DNA from: a virus
IMG/VR virus record: IMGVR_UViG_3300027763_000038
Location: 1 to 64,000 of that record
DNA: 64,000 nt
Direction: 5' to 3' (one strand)
In this document: piece by piece, positions 29,027 through 37,649 of the stretch
Position numbering within the stretch: the first letter of the stretch is position 1
Layout: the number at the start of each line of letters is the position of its first letter
Notes under the pieces: model-generated
Told to the model about the DNA's origin: nothing
The model's input: only the letters and a program-made list of their open reading frames with translations
Database searches by the model: none
Translations under genes and position numbers: made by a program

Positions 29027-29072
29027 AGATATGGACATGACTAGAGGATATGTGCCTCTGCATGTCCATTCT
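29027..29072 (+). promoter_or_regulatory. Long mRNA stem-loop covering the dnaE start and first 14 codons
   Basis: ATGGACATG (29031-39) is the exact reverse complement of CATGTCCAT (29061-69); inner AGAGG/CCTCT; outer AGA/TCT. Confidence 0.7.
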
Positions 29073-29075
29073 TAG
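29031..29075 (+). CDS. dnaE: DnaE N-terminal mini-ORF MDMTRGYVPLHVHS* (first strand and HxH ligands of the PHP domain)
   Basis: SD AAGGAG at 29015-20; YVPLHVHS is the canonical DnaE N-terminal motif; ends at TAG 29073-75. Confidence 0.8.
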   Translation: MDMTRGYVPLHVHS

Positions 29076-29082
29076 GTGGGCT

Positions 29083-30924
29083 ATGTACTCACTTTTGGAT
29101 GGACTATCGCAACCGAGAACTATTGCTGAAAGATGTCAGGAAATAGGTGCAACTTCTTGTGCATTAACTGATCATGGTAATATTGCTGGATCAGTTAAAT
29201 TTTATACAGAAATGAAAAAGAAGGGGATTAAACCTATTCTAGGGTGTGAGATTTATGTTTGTGATCAAGACCCCAAGATTAAAACCAAAGAAAATAAAGA
29301 TCTGACCCACTTTGTTATTCTAGCTAAGAATTATGAGGGGTGGAAAAGCCTTATTAGAATTGTTTCTGAGTCTAACCAGCCAGATCATTTTTATCATAAG
29401 CCAAGACTCAATATAGACACTCTTGCACAATATTGTAACAATAATGTTATCGGGTTTTGTGGTCATGCCGGATCCTATTTAGCAGATAAAATTAGTGCTG
29501 ATAATCAGCTACTTGGTGACTGGAGAAATATAGGTATTGACCAAATTGGTAAACTTAAAGACGTTTTTGGTAAAGACAATTTCTTCTTAGAAGCACAATT
29601 GATGGATTCGGTCAATTCTCCTATTCAAACAGTTTTGACTGGTGCTATGAGAGATTTGGCCAAAATTACCAATACGAAAATCATCTCCACGCCAGACGCT
29701 CACTATTGCCGTAAGGAGGACGCTGTAGATCAAAGGGTGCTTCTCTGTAATAATTTAAAAACGACCTTCCCAGAGATCAGCAGGAAGATCAGTAATGATG
29801 AGGAGGTGCCTCTTGGGTGCTTTTTTACATCTGATAACTTCCATATCTTGTCTCCAGAAGAAATGGGCCATTTTCATACAGAAGAGGAAATGGAAAATAC
29901 TAAGTTAGTAGATGCATTATGTGAAAACTATAATATCTTAGATAAGCCACATTTACCTCCGTTTCCTTGTCCAGATGGGACCAATCCAGATGAATATTTG
30001 AGGCAGTTATGTCGTAATGGTTGGAGAGATAAAATTGCTAATAATATAGATAAAGATCTTCAAAATGATTATGTTAATAGAATTAAGTACGAATTAGAGG
30101 TTCTACAAGGAGCGGATCTTTCTAGCTACTTTTTAATTGTACAAGACATTGTGAATTATGTCAGAACAAATAACTGGCTTCCGGGACCGGGAAGAGGAAG
30201 TGCTGCTGGTTGTCTGGTTTCTTACTTGATTGGTATTACTAGTATTGATCCTATTAAATATGGTTTATTGTTTGATAGATTTTATAATGCTGGACGAAAT
30301 AGTAAAGACCATATCTCTATGCCTGATATCGACGTAGACGTACCTATCAATAAGAGAGAAAACGTAATTGAATATATTAAGCAGTGTTATGGGGCCGATA
30401 AGGTTTCTCAAATGATTACATTTAATACCATTAAGGGTCGTGGAGCTATTAAGGACGTATTAAGAGTATATGGTAATATATCTTTTGATGAAATGAATAA
30501 GATTACTAAAAGTATTCCAGACGAAGCTAAAATTGCAGACGATCTTCAAGAAATGAAAGAAGAAACCGGTGAAGCATCTATTATTCGTTGGGCTTTAGAA
30601 AATGAGCCAGATAAACTGAAAGAATGGTGCTATATAGATGAAAAAAATGAATTGCAGGGACCACTTGCCAAAAGGTTTGAACAGGCTATTAGATTAGAAG
30701 GCACCAAGTCCAATCAGTCTAAACATGCGGCTGGTATTGCAATTAGTGCTCAACCATTAAATACTCTATGTCCTATGGTGTACGATTCAAAAAATGATCA
30801 ACTCATAGCTGGCATGGAAATGCAAGATTTAGAAGCGTTAGGTATTATCAAATTTGATATTCTTGGCGTGGCAATGTTGGATAAAATTATGACTATTCAA
30901 GACATCTTATCAAAAGGAGACTAA
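29083..30924 (+). CDS. dnaE: DNA polymerase III alpha, PHP + palm part
   Basis: YSLLDG, TDHG, GCE, KPR, DAHY, YFLIV.D, GRGSAAG, PDIDVD, HAAG, KFDILG. Confidence 0.93.
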   Translation: MYSLLDGLSQPRTIAERCQEIGATSCALTDHGNIAGSVKFYTEMKKKGIKPILGCEIYVCDQDPKIKTKENKDLTHFVILAKNYEGWKSLIRIVSESNQPDHFYHKPRLNIDTLAQYCNNNVIGFCGHAGSYLADKISADNQLLGDWRNIGIDQIGKLKDVFGKDNFFLEAQLMDSVNSPIQTVLTGAMRDLAKITNTKIISTPDAHYCRKEDAVDQRVLLCNNLKTTFPEISRKISNDEEVPLGCFFTSDNFHILSPEEMGHFHTEEEMENTKLVDALCENYNILDKPHLPPFPCPDGTNPDEYLRQLCRNGWRDKIANNIDKDLQNDYVNRIKYELEVLQGADLSSYFLIVQDIVNYVRTNNWLPGPGRGSAAGCLVSYLIGITSIDPIKYGLLFDRFYNAGRNSKDHISMPDIDVDVPINKRENVIEYIKQCYGADKVSQMITFNTIKGRGAIKDVLRVYGNISFDEMNKITKSIPDEAKIADDLQEMKEETGEASIIRWALENEPDKLKEWCYIDEKNELQGPLAKRFEQAIRLEGTKSNQSKHAAGIAISAQPLNTLCPMVYDSKNDQLIAGMEMQDLEALGIIKFDILGVAMLDKIMTIQDILSKGD

Positions 30925-30926
30925 TT

Positions 30927-31121
30927 ATGGCAACACAAAAACTTAAGTTTATGGATGTTCCGGTTGATACTATATTCATATTTGAGAATAATAAGTACAA
31001 GAAGATTCCAGAAGAAAGAATTAGTTGCTGCACAGTTATGAACGCTGTTAGCGCCGCTAATGCTGAACAAAAAGTTAATATTTTACCACTAATAGAAGTA
31101 GAGGTTGAGACCGCCGAATGA
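30927..31121 (+). CDS. Small hypothetical protein between DnaE parts
   Basis: SD AAGGAG; ATGA coupling to the exonuclease gene. Confidence 0.7.
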   Translation: MATQKLKFMDVPVDTIFIFENNKYKKIPEERISCCTVMNAVSAANAEQKVNILPLIEVEVETAE

Positions 31122-31819
31122 TCAACTATAACAAAATTTGTGTTTTTGATTTTGAAACAGATGGCTCAGATCCTAAGTCCTGTAGTCCTGTGCAAATTGC
31201 GGCTGTAATTATTGATCCATTAAAATTAGAGATTGTTCCAAACTCAGAGTTTAATATCTTTTTTAAGCCAGAAGTTTTAGCAAATGACGAGGATTATCAA
31301 TATACTACAGACATCTTAGATTTTCATGCTAAAGTAAGAGGCTCTTCAAAAGAAACTATCTTAGCAGAGTGGAAGAAATATCCCTCGCAAGATCAATCTT
31401 GGAAGTTATTTACAAATTATCTAACTATGCACCACAGTAGGTCTAGCAAGAAGAGTCAATTTAGTGCTCCTATTGCTGCTGGCTACAATATTAATCGATT
31501 TGACCTACCAATTATTGATAGGCTTAGTCGTAAATATGGTAATATTAATAAAGAGGATAGAAGTGATATTTTTTATCCAAGAGACGTATTAGATATTATG
31601 AATCTAGTTTTTTATTGGTTTGAAAATAATGGAGATCTAAAAAATCTATCTTTGGATACTCTTAGAGATTATCTTGGTATCAATAAAGATGGTGCTCATG
31701 ATGCCCTTAAGGACGTTAAAGACTGCGCAGAGATTCTAGTTCGTTTTATGAGATTACATCGTAACCTAGGAAATAAGATTAAGTTTAAAGACTCATTTCA
31801 ATCACCATCTCATGCCTAA
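31118..31819 (+). CDS. DEDDh 3'-5' exonuclease (DnaQ/epsilon-like)
   Basis: ExoI DFETDG, ExoII YN..RFD, ExoIII HDALKD. Confidence 0.9.
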   Translation: MINYNKICVFDFETDGSDPKSCSPVQIAAVIIDPLKLEIVPNSEFNIFFKPEVLANDEDYQYTTDILDFHAKVRGSSKETILAEWKKYPSQDQSWKLFTNYLTMHHSRSSKKSQFSAPIAAGYNINRFDLPIIDRLSRKYGNINKEDRSDIFYPRDVLDIMNLVFYWFENNGDLKNLSLDTLRDYLGINKDGAHDALKDVKDCAEILVRFMRLHRNLGNKIKFKDSFQSPSHA

Positions 31820-33443
31820 AAAATTTCAATACAGTTGCGGGTGTTCTTTTGATATTCTGTCTGAACATGATGACAAAGACAGGATGACTCTAAAATTTAA
31901 TCCAAAAATAGAAGAGATTAGTTTGGAGTGTCAAAAGACTTGGGATCTAATTTCAGACGGAAATACTAAAGGGTGTTTTCAATTGGAATCTAGACTTGGT
32001 AAATCTATGGCCAAAAAATTAAAGCCAGAGAATATAGAACAGCTTTCTGCATTGATTAGTATTATGAGACCAGGATGCTTGGAAGCTTTTAGAGACGGTA
32101 AATCAGTTTCCAATCATTTTATAGATAAGAAGAATGGTCAGGAGTCTGTAGATTATTATCATCCCTCTTTAGAGCCTATTTTAAAGGGAACTTATGGGGA
32201 AATGATTTATCAAGAACAAGCTATGGAAATCGCTAAGATTGTAGCTGGCTTTGATCTTCAAGAAGCAGATATGTTAAGAAAAGCCATTGGTAAAAAGAAA
32301 CCAGAAGAAATGGCTAAGATTAAAATTAAGTTCTTAGAAGGTACAGAAAAAGTAGGAACAGTAGCTACTTCTCAAGCAGAAGAAATTTTCGGCTGGATTG
32401 AAAAGTCTCAGAGATATTCTTTTAATAAATCCCATGCTGTTAGTTATGCCATTAATAGTTATTTGTCAGCTTATACTAAGGCTCATTTTCCCAAAATATT
32501 TTTTGCTGCATACTTGAGATTTGCAAAAGATAAAATTGATCCTAAGGCAGAAATTAAAGAATTGGTACAAAATGCTAACGAAATGGATGTTCCTGTTTGC
32601 ATACCAGATATTAGAAACTTAAATCAACTATTCATTCTTAAGAATAATAAGATCTATTTTGGACTAACAGATATTAAAGGTTTTGGACAGTCTGTATTCG
32701 ATAAATTAGTAAAACTTAAGGAAGATAAGAAGTTAGATTTTGATACTATGAATTGGGTAGAAATACTTATGAAAGTTTTAATAAATATTAACTCTACATC
32801 GGCTAAGGCTTTGATTCAAAGTGGAGCTATGTCTTATTTAGGTAAACAGAGAACAGGAATGTTATTTGAATTTGGATTAGTGTCTGAACTTACAAAAAAA
32901 GAATCAGATTTCATTCTAGCTAATCTACATCAATATAAGTCTATCGGAGATGCTTTATATGATTTATATCACAATGGAAAGTCTAACAAGAACAGAAAAA
33001 CAATCATACTTGATTTAATTAACAGCTATAATAAACCCCCATATTCTTTAGAAGATAATCCAGACTGGATCTCTGATGCAGAAGATGCTTTCTTGGGGTG
33101 TAGCATCACCTGTTCTAAAGTCGATATGTATGATATTACAATGACTAATACAACTTGTAAAGATTTTAAGAATACCACACTAAAAGATAATATAATTCTG
33201 TGTGGAGAGATAGAGAATGTTGGTGTTACTAAAACTAAATCTGGTAAGACTCCGGGACAAGAAATGGCATTTGTTACTATGAGTGATGGAACAGGAGTAA
33301 TAGACTCTGTTGTGTTCTTCCCAGAAGCATATAAAGCTTATCGAAACATTTTGTTTGATGGTAATGTGATCATTATTAAAGGAAACAGAGCCAAGTCTGG
33401 TGATTCGTTAATAGTTGAAAAGACGTATATTCCTAAGACTTGA
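31812..33443 (+). CDS. dnaE: DNA polymerase III alpha, C-terminal part (fingers, HhH, OB)
   Basis: G.FQLES, RPG, YQEQ.M, LRKAIGKKK, YSFNKSHA..Y, GL..IKG.G, MAFVT..D..G...V.F. Confidence 0.93.
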   Translation: MPKKFQYSCGCSFDILSEHDDKDRMTLKFNPKIEEISLECQKTWDLISDGNTKGCFQLESRLGKSMAKKLKPENIEQLSALISIMRPGCLEAFRDGKSVSNHFIDKKNGQESVDYYHPSLEPILKGTYGEMIYQEQAMEIAKIVAGFDLQEADMLRKAIGKKKPEEMAKIKIKFLEGTEKVGTVATSQAEEIFGWIEKSQRYSFNKSHAVSYAINSYLSAYTKAHFPKIFFAAYLRFAKDKIDPKAEIKELVQNANEMDVPVCIPDIRNLNQLFILKNNKIYFGLTDIKGFGQSVFDKLVKLKEDKKLDFDTMNWVEILMKVLININSTSAKALIQSGAMSYLGKQRTGMLFEFGLVSELTKKESDFILANLHQYKSIGDALYDLYHNGKSNKNRKTIILDLINSYNKPPYSLEDNPDWISDAEDAFLGCSITCSKVDMYDITMTNTTCKDFKNTTLKDNIILCGEIENVGVTKTKSGKTPGQEMAFVTMSDGTGVIDSVVFFPEAYKAYRNILFDGNVIIIKGNRAKSGDSLIVEKTYIPKT

Positions 33444-33467
33444 CGCTGGCTCCTCTCAGTCTATAAT
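33440..33467 (+). promoter_or_regulatory. Sigma70-type promoter TTGACG-N16-TATAAT upstream of ssb
   Basis: Shares AGACTTG...CTATAAT with the 11228 promoter. Confidence 0.6.
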
Positions 33468-33519
33468 ATGGAGCAGTTCGTTTTTTGGACCTTGGTTTTT
33501 TATTTTTAAGGAGAACTTG

Positions 33520-33891
33520 ATGAATATTAATATTCTACGTGGTAATTTAGCTAGAGACCCTGAAATGCGTGTTGTGAATACAAATGGTAAGCAAACTTCA
33601 GTAGTTAATTTTACTGTAGCTGTTTCTAGGGAATACACAAAGGCAAACGGTGAACGAGATAAGGTAACAACATTCGTTCCATGTGAAGCATGGGATAGTG
33701 GTGCTGAAATTATTGGTCAGTCATTTAAGAAGGGTGATTTTGTTTTGGTCGAAGGATCTCTCAGGAACGACTCATGGGAAAAGGATGGCGTCAAGCATAA
33801 TTCCCTGAAGGTTCGTGTTAATAACTTTTCTAAGATTACTAAGCTATCTAAGAAGAGCAAAGATCAAGCAGAAGAAGTAGTTAGTTTCTAA
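33520..33891 (+). CDS. ssb: Single-stranded DNA-binding protein
   Basis: SD AAGGAG; GNLARDPE, F.VAV.R, EAW, KG..V.VEG.L...W; acidic tail EEVVSF. Confidence 0.93.
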   Translation: MNINILRGNLARDPEMRVVNTNGKQTSVVNFTVAVSREYTKANGERDKVTTFVPCEAWDSGAEIIGQSFKKGDFVLVEGSLRNDSWEKDGVKHNSLKVRVNNFSKITKLSKKSKDQAEEVVSF

Positions 33892-33919
33892 ATTAAACCC
33901 CTTTTACCATTTTAAGAGA

Positions 33920-33946
33920 TGGGGGTGCAAAACACCCCCGTTTTTT
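33920..33946 (+). terminator. Intrinsic terminator GGGGGTG-CAAAA-CACCCCC-G-TTTTTT
   Basis: 7-bp GC stem followed by a U6 tract after ssb. Confidence 0.8.
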
Positions 33947-35614
33947 ATGTCTAACAAAAAACTCAAAATTTTAATGTGTTCTGAGGCCAGCTTTCTAAGT
34001 TCTGGTTTTGGAACATATGCCAGAGAAATACTAAAAAGACTTCATGCTACCGGAAAGTATGAAATAGCAGAATTCGCTTCTTATGGAAAAGTTAATGATC
34101 CAAAAGATATTGATATTCATTGGAAATATTATGCTAATGCTGTAGATCCTAAAGATCCTAGGCATCAAGAATATCATAGTTCTATGGAGAACCAATTTGG
34201 TCGATGGAGATTTGAGAGAGTATTATTAGATTTTCAACCAGATATTGTGTTTGATGTTAGAGATTATTGGATGAGTTCATATCAGCAGTTTTCTCCACTA
34301 AGACCATTCTTCCACTGGGTTCTTATGCCAACTGTGGACTCTGCTCCACAACAAGAAGAGTGGATTGATACCTTCTTACAAGCTGATGCTATTTTCACAT
34401 ATTCTGACTTTGGCAAAGACACATTACTAGCACAGAGCAATAATAAGATTAAGTATATAGATACCACTTCTCCCGGCGTTGATCTAAATACATTTAATAT
34501 GATAGCAGATAGAAAAACACTAAAGAGTCACTTGGGTCTTGACCCAGACAGTTTCATTATCGGCTCTGTGATGAGAAATCAAAAAAGAAAACTTATTCCG
34601 GAACTATTCTCAGCACTAAAGTCTTTCTTATCAAAATTACAAGCAGAAAATAATCCTATAGGAGAAAAGACTTATCTTTATCTTCACACAAGCTATCCAG
34701 ATGCGGGTTGGGATATACCTCAGCTTCTCAAAGAATATAAGGTAGGAAATAGAGTACTATTCTCTTATAGTTGTAAGAATTGCGGATACTTTTATCCTTG
34801 CTTATATCAGCATCCTATGGCTCATTGTCCAAGATGTAGTCAGAAGGCATTTTCTCTTCCTAATGTTAGTTCCGGAGTATCGTCAGAAACATTAAGTATG
34901 TTGATGAATTCTTTTGACATATATGTTCAATATGCTATCTGTGAAGGTTTTGGTATGCCTCAGGTTGAAGCATCTGCCTGTGGAGTGCCAATCGCATCTG
35001 TTGATTATAGTGCCATGAGCGACGTTGTTCGTAAAGTCGGTGGCTATCCTATTAAAATCAATCAGTACTTTAAAGAACTAGAAACTAAAGCCGTTAGAGT
35101 ATATCCAGACAATAATCATTTAGTAGAAATTTTACATAATTATCTTTCTTTGCCAGACTTCCTTAAGGAACAAAAAAGATTTGAGACACGCAAGCTTACT
35201 GAAGAACATTATAATTGGGATAATATTGCTAAAAAATGGGAAAAATATTTTGATAGCGTTGTATTAAAAGGAATGCAAGGAAAGTGGAAAGAAAATCTTC
35301 CGATGCTTGAACCAGTAAAGAGTTTGCCTACTAATATTAGTCCTTATGACGCAATCACCGGCACTATTTCTAAGCATATGCCTCAACATCAACTAACATC
35401 CTCTTTGATATTACTAAATATGATTAGAGATTTGGATTATGGTTTTTCTATTAATGGAATGCACACAGAACCGTATGGTCCTGAACAAGCTATTAATTCA
35501 ATCAACAATATCATTACTAATAATAATGTAGCTCAAAATGTAAAGAATAATGATAATGCTTTAAGAGACGAAGATTTTATTCAATATGCTAGAATGAAAG
35601 AAGATATCAAATGA
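33947..35614 (+). CDS. Glycosyltransferase, GT-B/GT4, with Zn-ribbon insertion
   Basis: SGFG.Y, PDIV, RNQ.RK, EGFGMPQVEA.ACG, Y.WD; CKNC...CPRC insert. Confidence 0.88.
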   Translation: MSNKKLKILMCSEASFLSSGFGTYAREILKRLHATGKYEIAEFASYGKVNDPKDIDIHWKYYANAVDPKDPRHQEYHSSMENQFGRWRFERVLLDFQPDIVFDVRDYWMSSYQQFSPLRPFFHWVLMPTVDSAPQQEEWIDTFLQADAIFTYSDFGKDTLLAQSNNKIKYIDTTSPGVDLNTFNMIADRKTLKSHLGLDPDSFIIGSVMRNQKRKLIPELFSALKSFLSKLQAENNPIGEKTYLYLHTSYPDAGWDIPQLLKEYKVGNRVLFSYSCKNCGYFYPCLYQHPMAHCPRCSQKAFSLPNVSSGVSSETLSMLMNSFDIYVQYAICEGFGMPQVEASACGVPIASVDYSAMSDVVRKVGGYPIKINQYFKELETKAVRVYPDNNHLVEILHNYLSLPDFLKEQKRFETRKLTEEHYNWDNIAKKWEKYFDSVVLKGMQGKWKENLPMLEPVKSLPTNISPYDAITGTISKHMPQHQLTSSLILLNMIRDLDYGFSINGMHTEPYGPEQAINSINNIITNNNVAQNVKNNDNALRDEDFIQYARMKEDIK

Positions 35615-36735
35615 ACGTATTATTTTTGGGACCATATAGACAACAAGATGATTCTGGAATAGCTTCTCAAAACTATATTAAAGCAATAGGTTCTCAACAA
35701 AAATATAATCTCACTACTAGACCGATATTTTTGGGACAACCATCAGATAAGATTGATAGAAACATATTAGAATATGAAAATTCTCTATATGATTCTTATG
35801 ATGCTGTTATTCAAGAAACATTACCACACTGTTTATTTTACAATAGAAAATTTAAGAAACACATTGGGTCCATCAAGCTGGAAACAAATAATATTTCTAA
35901 TTCTGTATGCTTATTTAATATCAACCAAATGGATGAAATTTGGGTAGCTAGCACACAAGAAGAAAAATGCTTGAGAAAGTCTGGGGTTACCAAACCAATA
36001 AAAATTATATCTCAACCATTAGATATTGATCTAATTAAGAAAAATGAAGACAAAGATCTAGATTTGCATCCAATGATTAAACAAACATTTAAGTTTTATT
36101 ATATTGGAGATCATACAGAGAGGGCGAATCTTAAAGATCTAGTTGTTGCTTTTCATTTAGCTTTCGATATAACACAACCTGTGTCGTTGATTATAAAAAG
36201 CAGTATACCTAACATGTCTGTTGGAGATTCTTATAAATCAATAGAAAAAGAAATAGACGACATTAAAAAAAGACTTAATATCAGTAAGAAATACAAAAAA
36301 GAAGTTATTATTACTGAGGATTTATCTTATGAGAATACTATCCGGTTACATAACTGTGGCGATTGTTTTGTGTCTACTTCTAAAGGAGAATCTTTTTGCA
36401 GAGCAGCTGCTGAAGCTCTTGTTCTTGGCAAAACTCCAATAGTTACAGACAATACTGGAATGACAGACTTTGTTGATACTAAGAACGGTTATGTTGTACA
36501 AAGTCATAGAACACCAGTTGTCTTAGAGAAAAAATTTCTAACAGATGATTTCGATATCTATAATGCTAATGAGTATTGGTATCAAATTAACATATATGAT
36601 CTAGTAGAAAAAATGAGAGCAGCGTATTCTTTGTATAAAACTAATAAAAAAGAGCTAGAACAAAAGAAAGAATTAGGATTACAATCAATTGATCAATTTA
36701 GCTATGAGACAATAGGGAAAAAACTATGTATTTGA
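35611..36735 (+). CDS. Glycosyltransferase, GT-B/GT4-like
   Basis: DEIWV.S, R.NL..L..AF, DCFVS.S.GESF....EA..LGK.PI. Confidence 0.8.
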   Translation: MNVLFLGPYRQQDDSGIASQNYIKAIGSQQKYNLTTRPIFLGQPSDKIDRNILEYENSLYDSYDAVIQETLPHCLFYNRKFKKHIGSIKLETNNISNSVCLFNINQMDEIWVASTQEEKCLRKSGVTKPIKIISQPLDIDLIKKNEDKDLDLHPMIKQTFKFYYIGDHTERANLKDLVVAFHLAFDITQPVSLIIKSSIPNMSVGDSYKSIEKEIDDIKKRLNISKKYKKEVIITEDLSYENTIRLHNCGDCFVSTSKGESFCRAAAEALVLGKTPIVTDNTGMTDFVDTKNGYVVQSHRTPVVLEKKFLTDDFDIYNANEYWYQINIYDLVEKMRAAYSLYKTNKKELEQKKELGLQSIDQFSYETIGKKLCI

Positions 36736-37649
36736 GTTTTGTTACTGGAAATATATTACAAAAAATTGCAGAAGATACCTATAATATTATATACTACCCA
36801 CAAAATAATATCATAGACCACTGTATCTCAGCTATTGATAAGCATAAATACTATATGTTTGGGAGTAATCGTCTTAACTATAAGATCGATAATATGATCG
36901 ATTTACCAGATCAACACCTCTCATTGTATAATTATAACTTATGTATTACAAATAGACTTCTTAGTTATACTACTAATCCAAGTATTAAACAATTTCATTT
37001 AAATACTATCATTTTAACACATTCACATAGGCCGCCAAATATTAAAAAAGAAGATGCTGTCCTTATGAATCAAAGACTTAAGAAAGAAATCAAAGTATTT
37101 TTTTCAGAGGGTGCAAAAAATTCTTGGAGGCTGGATAATAGTATTGTTGTAAAGTATGGAATCCCACGAATTTTCCAGTGTGTTAATGATGTCTCAAAAA
37201 GGAAAGATGTCTTGATCCTAAATTATGACAATCTGCCACACGCACAGCAAATTCAAGCAGCTCTGATTAATAAAAATTATTCTTGTGATACTATGAATTC
37301 TTGTAGAATGCCTATGGAAGAGATAAATTCTACAATGAATAACTATAAGGTATGTATTGATTTAGCCGAGCATAATATTTTAAATCTATTATGTGGAGTA
37401 GCATCAGGATGTACTGGAATATCTATTAAACCTCCCACAACTTCAGAAGAATACTCCAATATTAATGGATTAACATTCATCTCAAACATAGAAGAGATTC
37501 TTCCTGCATTATCTCAAGTTTTGGATATAGGAGATGAGGAAAGAAAAAATAATTCAGATAGCATACTAAACGAATTTGATTTTACTAACTTTAGTACCAT
37601 TATGAGTAATATAATCCAAAAAGCTAATAGAGAGGCATTCATACTATGA
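36726..37649 (+). CDS. Degenerate GT-B-like protein
   Basis: Fold-like pattern (YGIP, YKV.ID, ..ASGC) without a clear E-x7-E motif. Confidence 0.5.
   Translation: MYLSFVTGNILQKIAEDTYNIIYYPQNNIIDHCISAIDKHKYYMFGSNRLNYKIDNMIDLPDQHLSLYNYNLCITNRLLSYTTNPSIKQFHLNTIILTHSHRPPNIKKEDAVLMNQRLKKEIKVFFSEGAKNSWRLDNSIVVKYGIPRIFQCVNDVSKRKDVLILNYDNLPHAQQIQAALINKNYSCDTMNSCRMPMEEINSTMNNYKVCIDLAEHNILNLLCGVASGCTGISIKPPTTSEEYSNINGLTFISNIEEILPALSQVLDIGDEERKNNSDSILNEFDFTNFSTIMSNIIQKANREAFIL

Noticed and set aside
29073-29075. Genome-wide TAG reassignment (alternative genetic code) as the explanation for the dnaE stop
   Set aside because: Readthrough would not restore the frame; TAG ends genes normally (11201, 13360), and long ORFs are intact in the standard code.
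29050-29082. ORF-track start of DnaE at ATG 29050 (MCLCMSILRWA...)
   Set aside because: These residues are the off-frame reading of YVPLHVHS and match no DnaE N-terminus; the good SD points to 29031.
30880-31900. Split intein or group I intron joining the DnaE halves
   Set aside because: No intein N- or C-terminal motifs; the intervening DNA is fully occupied by two coupled genes with no room for a ribozyme core.
33415-33519. Extended N-terminus of SSB from the TTG at 33415
   Set aside because: Region contains the promoter and a U-rich leader; the SD and SSB homology begin at ATG 33520.
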